DNA of 64,000 nucleotides from an uncultured Nitrososphaerota archaeon (GTDB lineage Archaea > Thermoproteota > Nitrososphaeria > Conexivisphaerales > DTJL01). Below the pieces are notes generated by a model. That model searched no databases and had not been told where the DNA came from. It saw nothing but the letters and a program-made list of their open reading frames with translations. Made by a program: the position numbers and the translations under genes. Each line of letters starts with the position of its first letter. Position 1 is the stretch's first letter. The stretch is taken from NCBI GenBank assembly GCA_963842885.1, contig CAWJIE010000005.1, positions 352,001 to 416,000 of the forward strand, read 5' to 3'. Positions 17,344 through 28,665 of this stretch are shown in pieces.

Positions 17344-18243
17344 TTGAAGGCCCTCGTAGCAGGCCACATTGTGCTCGACACCATCACGACCGAGGGCTAT
17401 TCCGCGGAGAGCCTTGGTGGGCCTCCCACGTACATGGGGTTCCTCCTGAGGCGGCTGGGCTTCGACGTCACGGTCGCCACCTCGATAGGGTATGACTTCG
17501 GAGACGAACGCCTTCGGCAGCTCCTTTCGACCGGCATACACTTCCTTAATCCCCCGCTGACGGAGTCCCCTACTACACGCTTCGACATCACATTCCTCTG
17601 GGATCGGCGGGCCCTTCGCCTTCTGAGCCGGTGCGAAGACATCCCTCCGCCGAGGAGCGGCATCCCCGACTACGACATCGTCCTCGTGAACCCCGTCGCC
17701 GGCGAGATCGCCGTGGAATCCCTTCCGAAATATCGGGCCATATCCAAGTTCACCTATCTCGACCCTCAAGGCTTCCTCAGGAGGTTTGAGGGCGATCAGG
17801 TGACCCTCGAAGACAGCCCCGAGCTCAGGGAGAGGCTACGGAGCGTCAGCGCGATCAAGGTGGACATCGAGGAGGGCAAGGTCCTCACGGGTAGCGAGGA
17901 CCCCATTGAGATCGGCTCCGGCTTGGCGAAGTTCGGCGTGAGGGAGTCCCTAGTCACAATGGGCGGAGATGGGACATATCTCAGGGCGGGGAACGACCTA
18001 TACTTCCTGAAGCCTCCTGTCGTGAAGCCTTTCGACGCGGTGGGAGCAGGTGACCTCCTCGGGGCCGGTTACGCCGCGGCCCGGACGGGGAAGGACCTTC
18101 CGAATTCGCTGGCATTCGCCGTGGCCTGCGCATCGGCCAGAATAGACCAGCCGGCGCTGGGTAAGATCCCTGAAGCCAGGGAGGTCGAAAGGCTGGCGGC
18201 CGACCTGGCGCCCAAGGTGGAGATCCTAGAAGGCCTTGGCTAG
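17344..18243 (+). CDS. PfkB-family carbohydrate kinase
   Basis: GHIVLD, LGGPPTY, DPQGF, DAVGAGD. Confidence 0.88.
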   Translation: MKALVAGHIVLDTITTEGYSAESLGGPPTYMGFLLRRLGFDVTVATSIGYDFGDERLRQLLSTGIHFLNPPLTESPTTRFDITFLWDRRALRLLSRCEDIPPPRSGIPDYDIVLVNPVAGEIAVESLPKYRAISKFTYLDPQGFLRRFEGDQVTLEDSPELRERLRSVSAIKVDIEEGKVLTGSEDPIEIGSGLAKFGVRESLVTMGGDGTYLRAGNDLYFLKPPVVKPFDAVGAGDLLGAGYAAARTGKDLPNSLAFAVACASARIDQPALGKIPEAREVERLAADLAPKVEILEGLG

Positions 18244-19664
18244 GTACACGGTGCGAGAAGCCGGCCTTCTGCACCAGACGCACCCTCCGTCGGGCTTAGC
18301 TTCGTCGGCGATGTCTCTTCCGCGCACTTCATAACCACCCGTCGCATCCTTGATGGAGTCGGCGCATTCCCGTGCCCCGCAGAACGGGGCCTTCATGATT
18401 ATCAGAGAGGCCGAGCTGGCGATCATGGAGTCCCTGTCCTTGACCGTGACCAACCTCTCCTTGAGAGTGCTCCAGGCCCTCGTCTTCAGCTCCTCCAAGA
18501 TGTCCTTCCTGAGATGTTCTATGGACGCCTCGACGTCGCCCTCCTTCACCAAGGTGCGCGCCTTCGTGTCTCGGCGGAAGAGGGTCACGTTTCCCTGTTC
18601 GACCTCTCTTTGACCGATCTCGAGACGCACGGGGACGCCCTTCGTCTCCCAGCGGAAGTACTTCTTCCCGGGCGTCAAGTCGGAGTCGTCCAGGAACACG
18701 GAGTACCCCTTCCTGGAGAGCGAACCCGCTATCTCCTTGGCTTTGGCCGATACCTTCTCTTCGACCCCCTTGTAGAGGATCGGAACGACTACAACGTCGT
18801 ACTCCGACAGGCCGAAGGGTAGCACCAGGCCATTGTTGTCGCCATGGGTGGCAACCACCGCCGCCAAGATGCGTGAAACGCCGGGCCCGAAGCATGTGGA
18901 ATATGGAATCTGCTTTACACCGCCGGCGTCGAGAATAGGAGACGTCGTACGTCCCGGTGAAATGCTGACCGAGGAAGTGGGTCGTCCCTATCTGGAGCAC
19001 GTGGCCATCAGGGAGGAGGGCGTCATAGGCGCAGGAGCTGTCGGCCCCCGGGAACCGGTCGAACTCCTCTCTCTCGGCCACGAGAAAGGCGAGGCCGAGC
19101 TGGTCGAAGACCCTCTTACATATCTCCAGGTCCTCCTTGACCTGGGTCTTCGCGGCCTTCGGCCGTGGCGAAGACGTCGTGGGTCTCAATCCAGAGGAAT
19201 TCCCTTCCTCGGAGGAGAGGCCTCGTCGCCCTTGTCTCGCGCCTATAGACGGCTACGGATTGATAGAACTTGAAGGGCAGGTCCTGGTAGCTCCTCAGCC
19301 ATAGAGAATACATCGGATATATCGCCGTCTCCGAGGTGGGGCGGAGCACCAACTTCTCGTCCAGCTCCTCGCCTCCTGCCTCCCCTATGATGAAGACCTG
19401 GTCTTCGAAGCCCTTTATGTGCTCGGTCTCCTTCTTGAACGAGGAGAACGGTATGAGGAGAGGGAAAAGGACCTGCTGGTGGCCGTTCGCCTCCAGCTGA
19501 TATTCGAGCATTTCATAGATGCGCCTGCAGATGCGCATCGCGTTGGCCCTGTAGACGACGAAGCCCTTCACCCCGTATCGAGAATCGATGAGCTGGGCCT
19601 GCTCCAACACCGAATCGAACCACTGGCTGAAGTCCTTGGCCTTGTCTGCCTTCCTTTCACTCAT
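18226..19664 (-). CDS. proS: Proline--tRNA ligase (archaeal type); frameshifts near 19155 and 18930
   Basis: LRPTSET, PLLRGREFLW, LQIGTTHFLGQHF, WETKGVPVR, YLAKAF. Confidence 0.93.
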
Positions 19665-19679
19665 TTTTGACAGACTACA

Positions 19680-20133
19680 CTATTGCGATGCTTTCTTAAA
19701 CCTTTTCCCCCTCGAAAGGAGGACCGTCGCGGCGATGATGGGGAGGCAGATGGCAAGGAGTTGGAGCCACTGGAGGAGGGTCAGCGTGTCCACTTGAAAC
19801 AGGCCAGCGACAGGCGGCACTCCGGTGACGATTAGCTGCAGCACGAACGCGAGGAGGAGTGAGGCGAAGAGCCACTGGTTGACCTGTCATGCCCGGTCGC
19901 TGCACGCACTGGACATCAGCACCATCAAGAGCTCCGCCACCACGACCAGCGAAAAGGCGAGCCCTCGGGCTGACTTGATCCCCATCTTCAGCTCGAGGTC
20001 GAAGAGTGCGATGGAGAATGCAGAGAAGTAGATGGCCGTGAGCGCATGCCAGGGCTTTGCATCTAAGTAGGCTTCGCCTCCAAGGGCTTCCGGCCCGGCC
20101 AAATCCTTCGGCGGTCAGGCTCCACCGTTTCAT
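19680..20133 (-). CDS. Membrane protein resembling the C-terminal domain of cation P-type ATPases; interrupted reading frame
   Basis: ARGLAFSLVVVAELL...VNQWLFASLLLAFVLQLIVTGVPPVAGLFQVDTLTLLQW. Confidence 0.55.
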
Positions 20134-20963
20134 TGTTCCGCTTCGTCGTCTTCTTCGGCTTCCGGCTCGGGCTCGGGCGGCGGGGCCTCCTCCTTCTCCA
20201 GTAGCCTAGTCGCCGTGACGATGTAAGCCGTGTGGCCTATCATCCGCGTCGAAGGTCTGGTCATGCCAATCCTCGCCTCCATCTTCCTGAAGAGAATCTC
20301 GAAACACTCGGTCCGGGTGAAGCCGTTCTTCTTCAGCTTGTCCACCAGCAGCTCGGCTTGGTTCGTCGTCGGCGTGATGCCGGCGAAGCCTCCCGAAGGC
20401 TTGAGGGCCTTCCAAGCGATGTCGACGAAGTTCCACGGGTCACCCAGGTCGATTATGGCTGCGTCGGCGTCCGTCTCCTCGAAGCCTTTCGACGCGTCGG
20501 CTAGCTTCAGGTCGACGAACTCCGAAAGACCGGCCTTGGCGAGGTTCTTGGTGGCCATCCGGTGGAAGTCCTCCCGGATTTCATAGCTGTACACCCTTCC
20601 GCCAGGCCTCACCAAGCTGGCCACGTATGTCGTGAGCGCGCCACTCCCCGTCCCCGTCTCCACTACCCTGGCCCCCGGGCCAATCCCGGTCTTCAAGGCG
20701 ATAAGCCCCAAGTCCTTGGGGTAAACGATCTGGGTCTGTCGCTCACATTTCATTAGAAAGTCCTCGACGGTAGGCTTGAGCGCGTAGAAGCTCTGGCCGG
20801 TGTCGGAAAGCACCGAACAGCCGAAGTCGTTGCCGACGATCCCTCCGAAGGGGACCCTCCCGAGATGTGTGTGAAAGTCGCCCTTCGCAGAGACCTTAAG
20901 GAGCCAGTTCTTCCCCTTCCTCGAGTAGAGCAGGACGTAGTCTCCATCCTTGATGGCGGTCAT
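20130..20963 (-). CDS. trmI: tRNA (adenine-N1)-methyltransferase
   Basis: RQTQIVYPKD, ETGTGSGALT, DLGDPW, GHTAY. Confidence 0.92.
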   Translation of the reverse strand: MTAIKDGDYVLLYSRKGKNWLLKVSAKGDFHTHLGRVPFGGIVGNDFGCSVLSDTGQSFYALKPTVEDFLMKCERQTQIVYPKDLGLIALKTGIGPGARVVETGTGSGALTTYVASLVRPGGRVYSYEIREDFHRMATKNLAKAGLSEFVDLKLADASKGFEETDADAAIIDLGDPWNFVDIAWKALKPSGGFAGITPTTNQAELLVDKLKKNGFTRTECFEILFRKMEARIGMTRPSTRMIGHTAYIVTATRLLEKEEAPPPEPEPEAEEDDEAEQ

Positions 20964-21097
20964 GCTTTGACGGTGGTGAAGTCAGGTAACAAGCTTAAAG
21001 GCATATTGCCCGCCCTTCACCTTGCCGAAAGGATAGGCTCACACTTCAAGTTTAAATAACCGACGAAAGGAGCTAATTAACAAGGTATCGTTTCGAC

Positions 21098-21358
21098 ATG
21101 GACGAAGCGCCAACAAGCCCAGCAGAACAGCCGCAGGAGAGGAGGCTTCCGAGGTCCTACTTCAAGCCGAAGCCCGTTAAGGTGGGCGATGAGCTGGAGG
21201 TCGAGATTTCGGAGATTAGCCGCCGCGGCGACGGCCTTGCGAGAGTTCAAGGTTACGTTATCTTCGTGCCGAACACAAAGCAGGGAGATAAGGTCAAGGT
21301 CAAGATCTCTCAGATAAGGCCCAGTTTTGCGATGGGTGAGATCGTAAAACCGCAGTAG
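21098..21358 (+). CDS. Stand-alone TRAM-domain protein
   Basis: KPVKVGDE...GDGLARVQGYVIFVP. Confidence 0.88.
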   Translation: MDEAPTSPAEQPQERRLPRSYFKPKPVKVGDELEVEISEISRRGDGLARVQGYVIFVPNTKQGDKVKVKISQIRPSFAMGEIVKPQ

Positions 21359-21418
21359 CCCGTCTTCGGTTCGCCAAACGAGCTGAAGCCGAAGCTATTG
21401 AAGACCACTTTTTTGTTT
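21359..21418 (+). terminator. Possible terminator after the TRAM gene
   Basis: GTCTTC...GAAGAC stem followed by a T-run. Confidence 0.4.
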
Positions 21419-21586
21419 GCTGCCCCTGCCACTTTGGGCCCTGGAGCTAGCAACCGGGCCCGCACTAATGCCTCGGGTTGACTCCATGGCGCGCTGAGCC
21501 CCCGGGGATGCCGGCGCTGCGTCGACGTGGAGAGGGCATCGGGATGTCGCAAACGCTTTTCTACTTCCCGAACACAGTTTGTCTCG

Positions 21587-22541
21587 TTGCCTCAGAATAC
21601 GGTTGAACGGACCTACGAAGCCATCCGTTCCATGGAGATCCGCGGCGCGGGTCGCATAGCGAGGGCCGCCGCGGAGGCGCTCAAGGAGACTGCGATCTCC
21701 AGCAAGGCCAAGACGCCGACCCAGTTCATGGAAGAGCTGTCCAAGAATGGACGAAAGCTGAAGGAAGCTCGCCCCACCGCCGTGTCCCTGCCGAACAGCA
21801 TCAACTTCATCCTCGGCGGCGCTTCCAAGGGCCTTACGAAGGGGATGAAGATGGAGACCCTGAAGAAGATCGTCGTCCGACTTTCCGACGACTTCATCTC
21901 GCGCAGCACCAACGCCGTGGGCATCATCGGAGAGATCGGCGCCAAGAGGATCGTCTCGGGCGACCTAATCCTGACCCACTGCAACAGCGAAGCCGTCACT
22001 CAGATCCTCCTCGACCGCGAAGTCTCAGAACAAGGAGTTCCAGGTCCTGGTCACCGAAACGAGGCCTCGCTACCAGGGCAGATTGACGGCCGCCATCCTG
22101 GCAAGGAACGGGGTGGACGTCTCGCTCATCCCCGACTCGGCCTGTAGGCTGTATATGCATGAGGTGGACCGTGTGCTGGTGGGGGCCGATGCCATCGCTT
22201 CAAACGGGGCGGTGGTCAACAAGATAGGCACTTCCACGATCGCGGTTGTGGCCCACGAGACCCGGACGCGGTTCTTCGTTGCGGCGGAGACGTACAAGCT
22301 CAGCCCGCGGACCCTCCTGGGAGACCTGGTCGAGATCGAGGAGAGGAGCCCCCTCGAGGTGGTCAGCGGGAAGTGGATGGAGGAGAACCCTGGCGTGAAG
22401 GTCAAGAACCCCTCCTTCGACATCACCCCTCCGGAGTACATCGACCTGATCATCACTGAGCAAGGGGTCTTCCCGCCGCAGGGGATCGTGTTTCTGATGA
22501 AAGAGTTATACCCGGAACCTCTCTCGCTCACTCTCGAATGA
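21587..22541 (+). CDS. Ribose-1,5-bisphosphate isomerase (eIF2B-like family); frameshift near 22015
   Basis: MEIRGAGRIA, RPTAVSLPN, THCNS, ETRP, VGADAI, NKIGT. Confidence 0.85.
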
Positions 22542-22915
22542 TAGAGAGAGTCTTCTCCGAGAAAGCGCCGAAACCGATCGGGCCCTACAGCCAGGCCATC
22601 AAGGCAGGAGGCTTCGTGTTTGCCTCTGCGCAGCTGGGCATGGACCCTTCGACGGGGGCCCTGGCCCAGGGCATTGATGAGCAGGCCAGGCTTGCCATCA
22701 GGAATGTCGGTTTGGTTCTGGCCGAGGCCCGGGCCGACTGGGGGTCAGTTGTAAAGGTCACCCTCTATCTGACCGACATGTCATTCTTCAGCAAGGTGGA
22801 CGAACTGTATGCGGCCTCCTTGGGGGATGCGGCTCCGGCCAGGTCCACCATCGGGGTGTCTTCTCTGCCCAAGGGTGCGCTGGTCGCAATCGACGCGCTG
22901 GCCTTCCTCGGCTAG
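22538..22915 (+). CDS. RidA/YjgF-family deaminase
   Basis: APKPIGPYSQA, PARST, LPKG. Confidence 0.9.
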   Translation: MIERVFSEKAPKPIGPYSQAIKAGGFVFASAQLGMDPSTGALAQGIDEQARLAIRNVGLVLAEARADWGSVVKVTLYLTDMSFFSKVDELYAASLGDAAPARSTIGVSSLPKGALVAIDALAFLG

Positions 22916-23994
22916 GGCTCGACGGAGACCAGGGGGCCTTCCAGCTCCAGGCTCCTGTTCATGGCCACTTCGGAGATCGTCCCTATGAAGTTGACAGTCT
23001 GCACAAGACCAAGGAGTATGGAGCGAAGGGCGAAGGCGAAGGAGACCCTCTTGGCCGGCTCGCCGTAGTTGGGGTCGGATATGTACGCCTGGGACAGGCG
23101 GAAGCTGGCTTCGTTGAGCTCCTTCTCCAGGCGATTCGAGCGCTCGATGGCCTTGTTGGACTGCACCGTGTCTCTGTTGAGGAGGGCGTTGAACGACTGC
23201 GCGTAGAGCTCCACGACTTCGCGGAAGAGGCGGCCGATCTCCTCGTTGTGGCTCGCCTTGAGCTCGTAGCCGGAATCGAGGATGGAGACCGTGTTGACGG
23301 ATATCTGCTCCGCGTAGTCGCCTATCTTCTCGGCCAGCTTGGCCACGAGCCTGTTGCCGGCGATGTTCAGCACGTTGTCGATCCCGATCTTCTTCGCGGC
23401 GTCGAGCCTCTTGGAGGCGTAGAGGAGCTGCCTCACCGTCATCCAGTATATCTTGTCCATCTCCTCTTCGACCAGGACAACTTCCTGGGCAGACTCCTTC
23501 TTGCGCTCGAGTAGACCCTTGAACGACGCCTCCAGCATGTAGGTGGTTACGGTGTGAAGTCGCCGAAGGAGGCCGTCGATGGGGAACTTCGTCGGGTCGA
23601 GGAAGCTCTGTATCGTGATCGTGCCGGCCGTCTGTTCGACGATGCCGAAGCCGTTCAGCCTCTGCACGGCAGACTTGACCTCTTCGAGCTGCGACGCGTT
23701 CATGCCGTTCTTCCCGAGCACTACGATTGTCTCGGCTCCGATGATGTAGAGTCCAATGATAGTCCGTCTGAGAAGTCCAGGGTCGGCTATCTTGTCTACG
23801 TTCACCACCCTCTTGGGAAGCTTCTCGTCCTTCGCCAGCCCGGGATGGAGCCGTAGGGAGCCATCTTCAAGGCGGATGATGGAGATGACGTCGCCCGCCT
23901 TGACTCCTACCTCCTTGACCCAGTCCTTGGGGAGAGAGACAGAAAGAGTGGAATAGCCCACCATCTGTACTTTCCTTACATCTATATTGGACAT
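22912..23994 (-). CDS. AbrB-PhoU phosphate uptake regulator
   Basis: RKVQMVGYSTLSVSLPKDW followed by PhoU repeats (EKIGDYA). Confidence 0.85.
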   Translation of the reverse strand: MSNIDVRKVQMVGYSTLSVSLPKDWVKEVGVKAGDVISIIRLEDGSLRLHPGLAKDEKLPKRVVNVDKIADPGLLRRTIIGLYIIGAETIVVLGKNGMNASQLEEVKSAVQRLNGFGIVEQTAGTITIQSFLDPTKFPIDGLLRRLHTVTTYMLEASFKGLLERKKESAQEVVLVEEEMDKIYWMTVRQLLYASKRLDAAKKIGIDNVLNIAGNRLVAKLAEKIGDYAEQISVNTVSILDSGYELKASHNEEIGRLFREVVELYAQSFNALLNRDTVQSNKAIERSNRLEKELNEASFRLSQAYISDPNYGEPAKRVSFAFALRSILLGLVQTVNFIGTISEVAMNRSLELEGPLVSVEP

Positions 23995-24146
23995 ATACCT
24001 CGAGTCTTGCGTTCAGAGGGTTATATATTTTCTTGATTATTCTTTCAAGACTATATTCTCTGTACTTAGTGAGCAACGAGGCCTTCCGCCCGGGTGGGAG
24101 GGCGACGTCTCTTGATGGCCCGGGCATCATCCCGGATGGACATTCC

Positions 24147-24593
24147 CTAATCTGCGGGCGCCGACTTCCATGCCTTGACGGCCTCGAGCCAGAAGGCCGC
24201 CGAGGCCAGCCCGAGCAGGGCCGCGGGCCACATCGCCAGCGGTTCGGACGCGATAACTCCGATTCCCTGAACGATGAAATACACCGCAAAGACCGTGAAG
24301 AAGGCCGCATAGAAGACGAAGCGGGGCACAAGGAGCGTGCCTAGGCGCAGGAAGTCTCGCATCAGATCGACCTTGACCTCCTTCATTATCTCATACTCGC
24401 CGCCCTCTTCCCTCAGGAGGCCCATCTCCACCAGCTTGGAGAGGTGGTACTGGGCGAGGGATGGATTGGATAGACGGAGGGCTCTCTGGACCTGTCGCAC
24501 TCCCACCTTCCTCTGACGGAGGACGTAAAGGTACACCCTTAGCGTATTGCCCTTCAGCTGAGCCTGCACGTCCTCGCTGGCCAAGGCGCTCAC
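24147..24593 (-). CDS. Membrane-anchored HTH regulator
   Basis: GNTLRVY...SLAQYHLSKL with two C-terminal TM helices. Confidence 0.75.
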   Translation of the reverse strand: MSALASEDVQAQLKGNTLRVYLYVLRQRKVGVRQVQRALRLSNPSLAQYHLSKLVEMGLLREEGGEYEIMKEVKVDLMRDFLRLGTLLVPRFVFYAAFFTVFAVYFIVQGIGVIASEPLAMWPAALLGLASAAFWLEAVKAWKSAPAD

Positions 24594-24676
24594 GCACCAT
24601 TAAAAGACGACCCATTAAAAACCTAACGTGTGTTAACGCCCATTTCAAAACGAGCCCTGGCTGCCCTCAGCTCTGA

Positions 24677-25549
24677 TCAAGTCTCTGCGACCACGTGATT
24701 CTCGATATATCCCAGGCCTTCGATCTCGACCTTCACCAGATCGCCGGGCTTAAGGAGCCTCGGCTCAGGCTTCCAGTGATAGCCTACGCCCGCCGGGGTG
24801 CCGGTCGCTATGACGTCGCCGGCCTCCAGGGTCATCGCTTGGCTCAGAGTCGAAATGACTTCGGGCACCTTCTTTATCATGCCTCTCGTGCTGGCATCCT
24901 GCCTGAGCTCGCCGTTCACCCAGGTCCTCAGACGGAGGGCGGAGGCATCGGCGACCTCTTCCTTCGTCGTGATCCACGGGCCTAGGGGTGCGAACGAATC
25001 GCAGCTCTTCCCTCTGGTCCACTGGCCGTCGCCGAACTGGATGTCGCGTGCTGAGACGTCATCGAACACCAGGAAGCCTAGGACGAAGCCCGAGGCCTCC
25101 GACGGGCTCACCTTCTTGCACCGCTTCCCAATCACCACGCCGAGCTCTCCCTCATAGTCCAGCTGACGAGTCACAGAGGGGTAGACGATGTCTTCGTAGG
25201 GGCCGGCGACCGCCGTGGCTGGCTTCATGAAGATCATCAGCTCCTTGGGTGGCTTGGTGTCAGCTTCGGAAACGTGCTCCATGTAGTTCCGACCGAGGCA
25301 CACTATCTTGCCGGGCCTCGGGATTGGAGCTAGCAGCTTCGCCACATCAAGGGTAAGGCGGGTCTCCGAGGAGGACGCTAGCTCCGCCAGCGACTTCTGG
25401 AACGAACTGCCCATCAGGACTTCCGAGGAGACGAGCTCGAAAAGGCAGTGAGGGAGGTCCTCCCCGACAGAGGATGCAGGCACTAGGGATTCCCCAATGA
25501 CGAAGCCGTAGTCCTGCCTGCCCATGGACTCGAAGCGCGCTATCTTCAT
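24677..25549 (-). CDS. Fumarylacetoacetate hydrolase family protein
   Basis: GRNY, DYEGEL, DVSARD, TGTPAGVG. Confidence 0.92.
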   Translation of the reverse strand: MKIARFESMGRQDYGFVIGESLVPASSVGEDLPHCLFELVSSEVLMGSSFQKSLAELASSSETRLTLDVAKLLAPIPRPGKIVCLGRNYMEHVSEADTKPPKELMIFMKPATAVAGPYEDIVYPSVTRQLDYEGELGVVIGKRCKKVSPSEASGFVLGFLVFDDVSARDIQFGDGQWTRGKSCDSFAPLGPWITTKEEVADASALRLRTWVNGELRQDASTRGMIKKVPEVISTLSQAMTLEAGDVIATGTPAGVGYHWKPEPRLLKPGDLVKVEIEGLGYIENHVVAET

Positions 25550-25700
25550 GTGACGGTCGTTCGAAGTCGAAGCTTCCTCCCTAAATAAGGGAGTCGGGGG
25601 CAGCCCCGAATGTAGCTCCTTCGAGCGGCCTCCTTGTTTGGCTACGTTTTTATCATGGAGGCAGGAGCCTTATCCTTCAGTTGTTCGGAGGCTCTTGAGG

Positions 25701-27837
25701 TTGTCGGTTTCAAAGGAGCAGATCCTTCAGGCGCTTTCCAAGGTGAAAGACCCTGAGCTTGGGAAGGACATAGTCTCGTTGGGATTCGTGAGAGAGATTA
25801 GCATCCTGGGCAAGGAAGTTTACATCAGGCTGGTGCTCACCACACCTGCCTGTCCGGCCCGGAATCAGCTCCTCAGCGACGCGAACGCCCGCGTCGCCGC
25901 CATCCCAGGGGTCGAGAAGGTCCACATAGACCTCCCGGCGGAGGTGTCCTCCTCGAGCCCCGTCGGCAGGTCTGGCATCTCCCAGATCAAGAACGTGATA
26001 GCCGTCGCGAGCGGGAAGGGTGGCGTGGGCAAGTCGACGGTTGCTGTCAACTTGGCCGTCGCGCTCGGCAAGATGGGCGCAAAGGTGGGCATCTTGGACG
26101 CCGACATATATGGCGCTAGCATCCCTGCGATGCTGGGGGCGTCGGGCCTACCGGGTGTCCATGACAACAAGATCACCCCGCTAGTCGCCCAGGGGGTGGA
26201 AGTGGTCTCCATGGGCTTCTTCAGCAGCACCCAGACCCCCGTCATATGGAGAGGCCCCCTCATAGGCAAGGCCGTCAAGGACTTCCTCGAGCTGGTCGAA
26301 TGGAGCCCACTGGATTATCTTATCGTCGACCTTCCGCCGGGCTGCCTGCCTGCCGGGACAATGGTTATCAGCCGCCAACAGCGTGCCAGTTCCAATCGAG
26401 AAGGTAAAGGTCGGAGAGTTTGTTCTCAGTTACGATGGCTCGCACCTGGTGCCGCGGAGAGTTGCGGGGGTCCTTCCAGAAGGTATGCAGGAGGTCTACG
26501 AGTTGAGGACACCCAACCGCACAATCGTTGCTTCTGCGAACCACCCGTTCATGAAGTACCATTGGTCCGACAAATACGCTTGGCGACGGCTTGACCAGCT
26601 TAAGGCAGGAGACAGGATACTGGCAGCTAATTGCATTGAAGGAGGTCGACCGATGGCCCTGCCTGACCTCGATCGGAGCTCAAAGGTGAGCTTGCCAAAG
26701 GAGACAACAGCGGAGTTCATGCAAATACTCGGTCATTTCGTCGGCGATGGTTTCATAAAAAGAACAAAGCGAAAGTCCCTGGCCGAGCTCCGTATCTGCG
26801 AACCTAGAGGCAGCAAATACAGGGACAAGTACGAATCGCTTTACCGAGAAGTCCTTGGGTGCCGCACGTTTGAGGATAACGACGGCCAGAAGTTCGCGGT
26901 AAGCTCAGTTTCTGTGGCGAACCTGTTCATTGCGCTCGACCTGGACCACAAAGCGCGGAAGAAGTGCATCCCAGATTGGATCTTCTCACTTCCACTAGAC
27001 CAACGGGTTGCATTCATCAGGGGATATGCTGAGGCGGACGGTAGCATCCGACACAGAGAATTGGCTAAGCAGCTGCCAGATTCGAGGGGTGTGATACGCA
27101 CCGTTGTCATCAGTCAAGACGTAGTCGGAATTGCTAGCACCAATGAAAGGCTCGTCGGACAGCTTCGTCAGCTCTGCATGATCAGCGGGTATCGCGTGAC
27201 CAACGTGCGAGAACGGCAGAGGAAAGGAAACATGCTCAAGAGCGGAAGGAGGATCCCAGGCGCCAAGCATTTTGAGTTCGAATTCTCTCTCAAGACGGAC
27301 GCGAGACCCTTCAAGCTCACGAGGATTAGATCGATCAAACCCTTGGGTATACGCCCTACATATGACCTTCACGTGGAAGGATCCCAGAGCTTCGTCGCGG
27401 ACGGCGTGATCGTCCATAACACGGGGGACGCCGCGCTTTCACTCGCGCAGTCCATCAGGATCACCGGCGTGGTCGTCGTGACGACCCCGCAGGAGGCAGC
27501 GCTCCAGGTGGCAAGCAAGGCCCTCTACATGTTCAGGAAGCTGGACATACCCATCCTCGGGATCATCGAGAACATGAGCTACTTCGTGTGCCCGCATTGC
27601 GGCGAGCGGGCCGAGATCTTCAGCCACGGCGGCGGTAAGAGCGCCGCGAAGGAGGCGAGCGTGCCGTTCCTTGGCGAGATACCGCTCGACACGCAGGTCC
27701 GCGTAGCCGGCGACGTTGGCATACCTCTGAGCACGAAGGAGAGCCCGGTCGCGGAGAGCTTCGCCGAAGTGGCACGGACCCTCGCCGGCCAGATAAGCAT
27801 ACTCAACTACACCAAGAAGGAACAGCACGCCCAGTGA
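25701..27837 (+). CDS. mrp: Mrp/NBP35 (ApbC) Fe-S cluster carrier ATPase, intein-containing; frameshift near 26370
   Basis: DPEL domain, SGKGGVGKST, WRGP, DLPPG|TGD, ENMSYFVCPHC. Confidence 0.92.
26343..27420 (+). mobile_element. Intein with LAGLIDADG homing endonuclease in Mrp
   Basis: Starts CLPAGT, block B ASANHPF, LGHFVGDG and FIRGYAEADG, ends TYDLHVEGSQSFVADGVIVHN followed by T. Confidence 0.93.
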
Positions 27838-27891
27838 GATACCGCAGTCCTCTCTACGCTTATATATGAATCAGGGGCGGTATCCACGGAA

Positions 27892-28665
27892 TTGAAGCCG
27901 AGTGAAGGCTCCGGCAGCTCCGAACTGAAGCTCATGGGGCTTCGGGGGATAGGGGAGGTGTCTCCGGGCGACGACGTCGGCAGGCTAATCTACGATTCGC
28001 AGAGGATGTCGCGCATACCTTTCGCTGACGGTGACATCTACGTCGTGGCCCAGAAGGTCGTGTCGAAGGCCGAGGGCAGGTACGTCCGGCTGGACGACGT
28101 GAAACCCTCTCCGTTTGCGGAGAGCCTTGGAGGCTTCCTGAAGAAGGACCCCAAGGAGGTTGAAGTCGTCTTGCGGGAGAGCCGGAGCATAGTGAGGGCG
28201 CGGCTGGGCATACTCATCACGGAGAACAAGCAGGGGATTATCTGCGCCAACGCCGGCGTGGATAGGTCCAACGTCAGCGAAGAGGGAAGCCTCCTTCTCC
28301 TTCCCGAAAGCCCAGACCGCTCGGCGGCGAATATCCGGAAGAGCATAGAGTCGCTTTCTGGGAAGAGGGTGGCTGTGGTGGTTTCGGATACCTATGGCAG
28401 GCCATGGAGGGAAGGACAGGTGGACTTCGCCATCGGCGTCGCAGGCATCACATGCTTCAGGGACTACAGGGGGAGGCCCGACATGTACGGAAGGACATTG
28501 AAAGTCACCAGCATGGCCCAGGTGGACGAATTGGCGGCTGCCGCCGAGCTCGTGATGGGCAAGAGCAGGGGAATACCTGCCGTGGTCGTCAAGGGCTACC
28601 TCTACGAAGGAGGAGAAGGCTCGAAGCCTCTCCAGCGCAAGATCGCACGCGACCTGTTCAGGTAG
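27892..28665 (+). CDS. cofE: F420-0:gamma-glutamyl ligase
   Basis: QKVVSKAEG, ANAGVDRSN, SDTYGRPWREG, DELAAAAELVMG. Confidence 0.92.
   Translation: MKPSEGSGSSELKLMGLRGIGEVSPGDDVGRLIYDSQRMSRIPFADGDIYVVAQKVVSKAEGRYVRLDDVKPSPFAESLGGFLKKDPKEVEVVLRESRSIVRARLGILITENKQGIICANAGVDRSNVSEEGSLLLLPESPDRSAANIRKSIESLSGKRVAVVVSDTYGRPWREGQVDFAIGVAGITCFRDYRGRPDMYGRTLKVTSMAQVDELAAAAELVMGKSRGIPAVVVKGYLYEGGEGSKPLQRKIARDLFR

Noticed and set aside
19887-19889. In-frame TGA as selenocysteine or recoding
   Set aside because: No redox motif or SECIS seen; two compensating indels explain it.
25590-25620. Hairpin TCGGGGGCAGCCCCGA as an IS200/IS605-type end
   Set aside because: No transposase, TnpB or second copy in the window.
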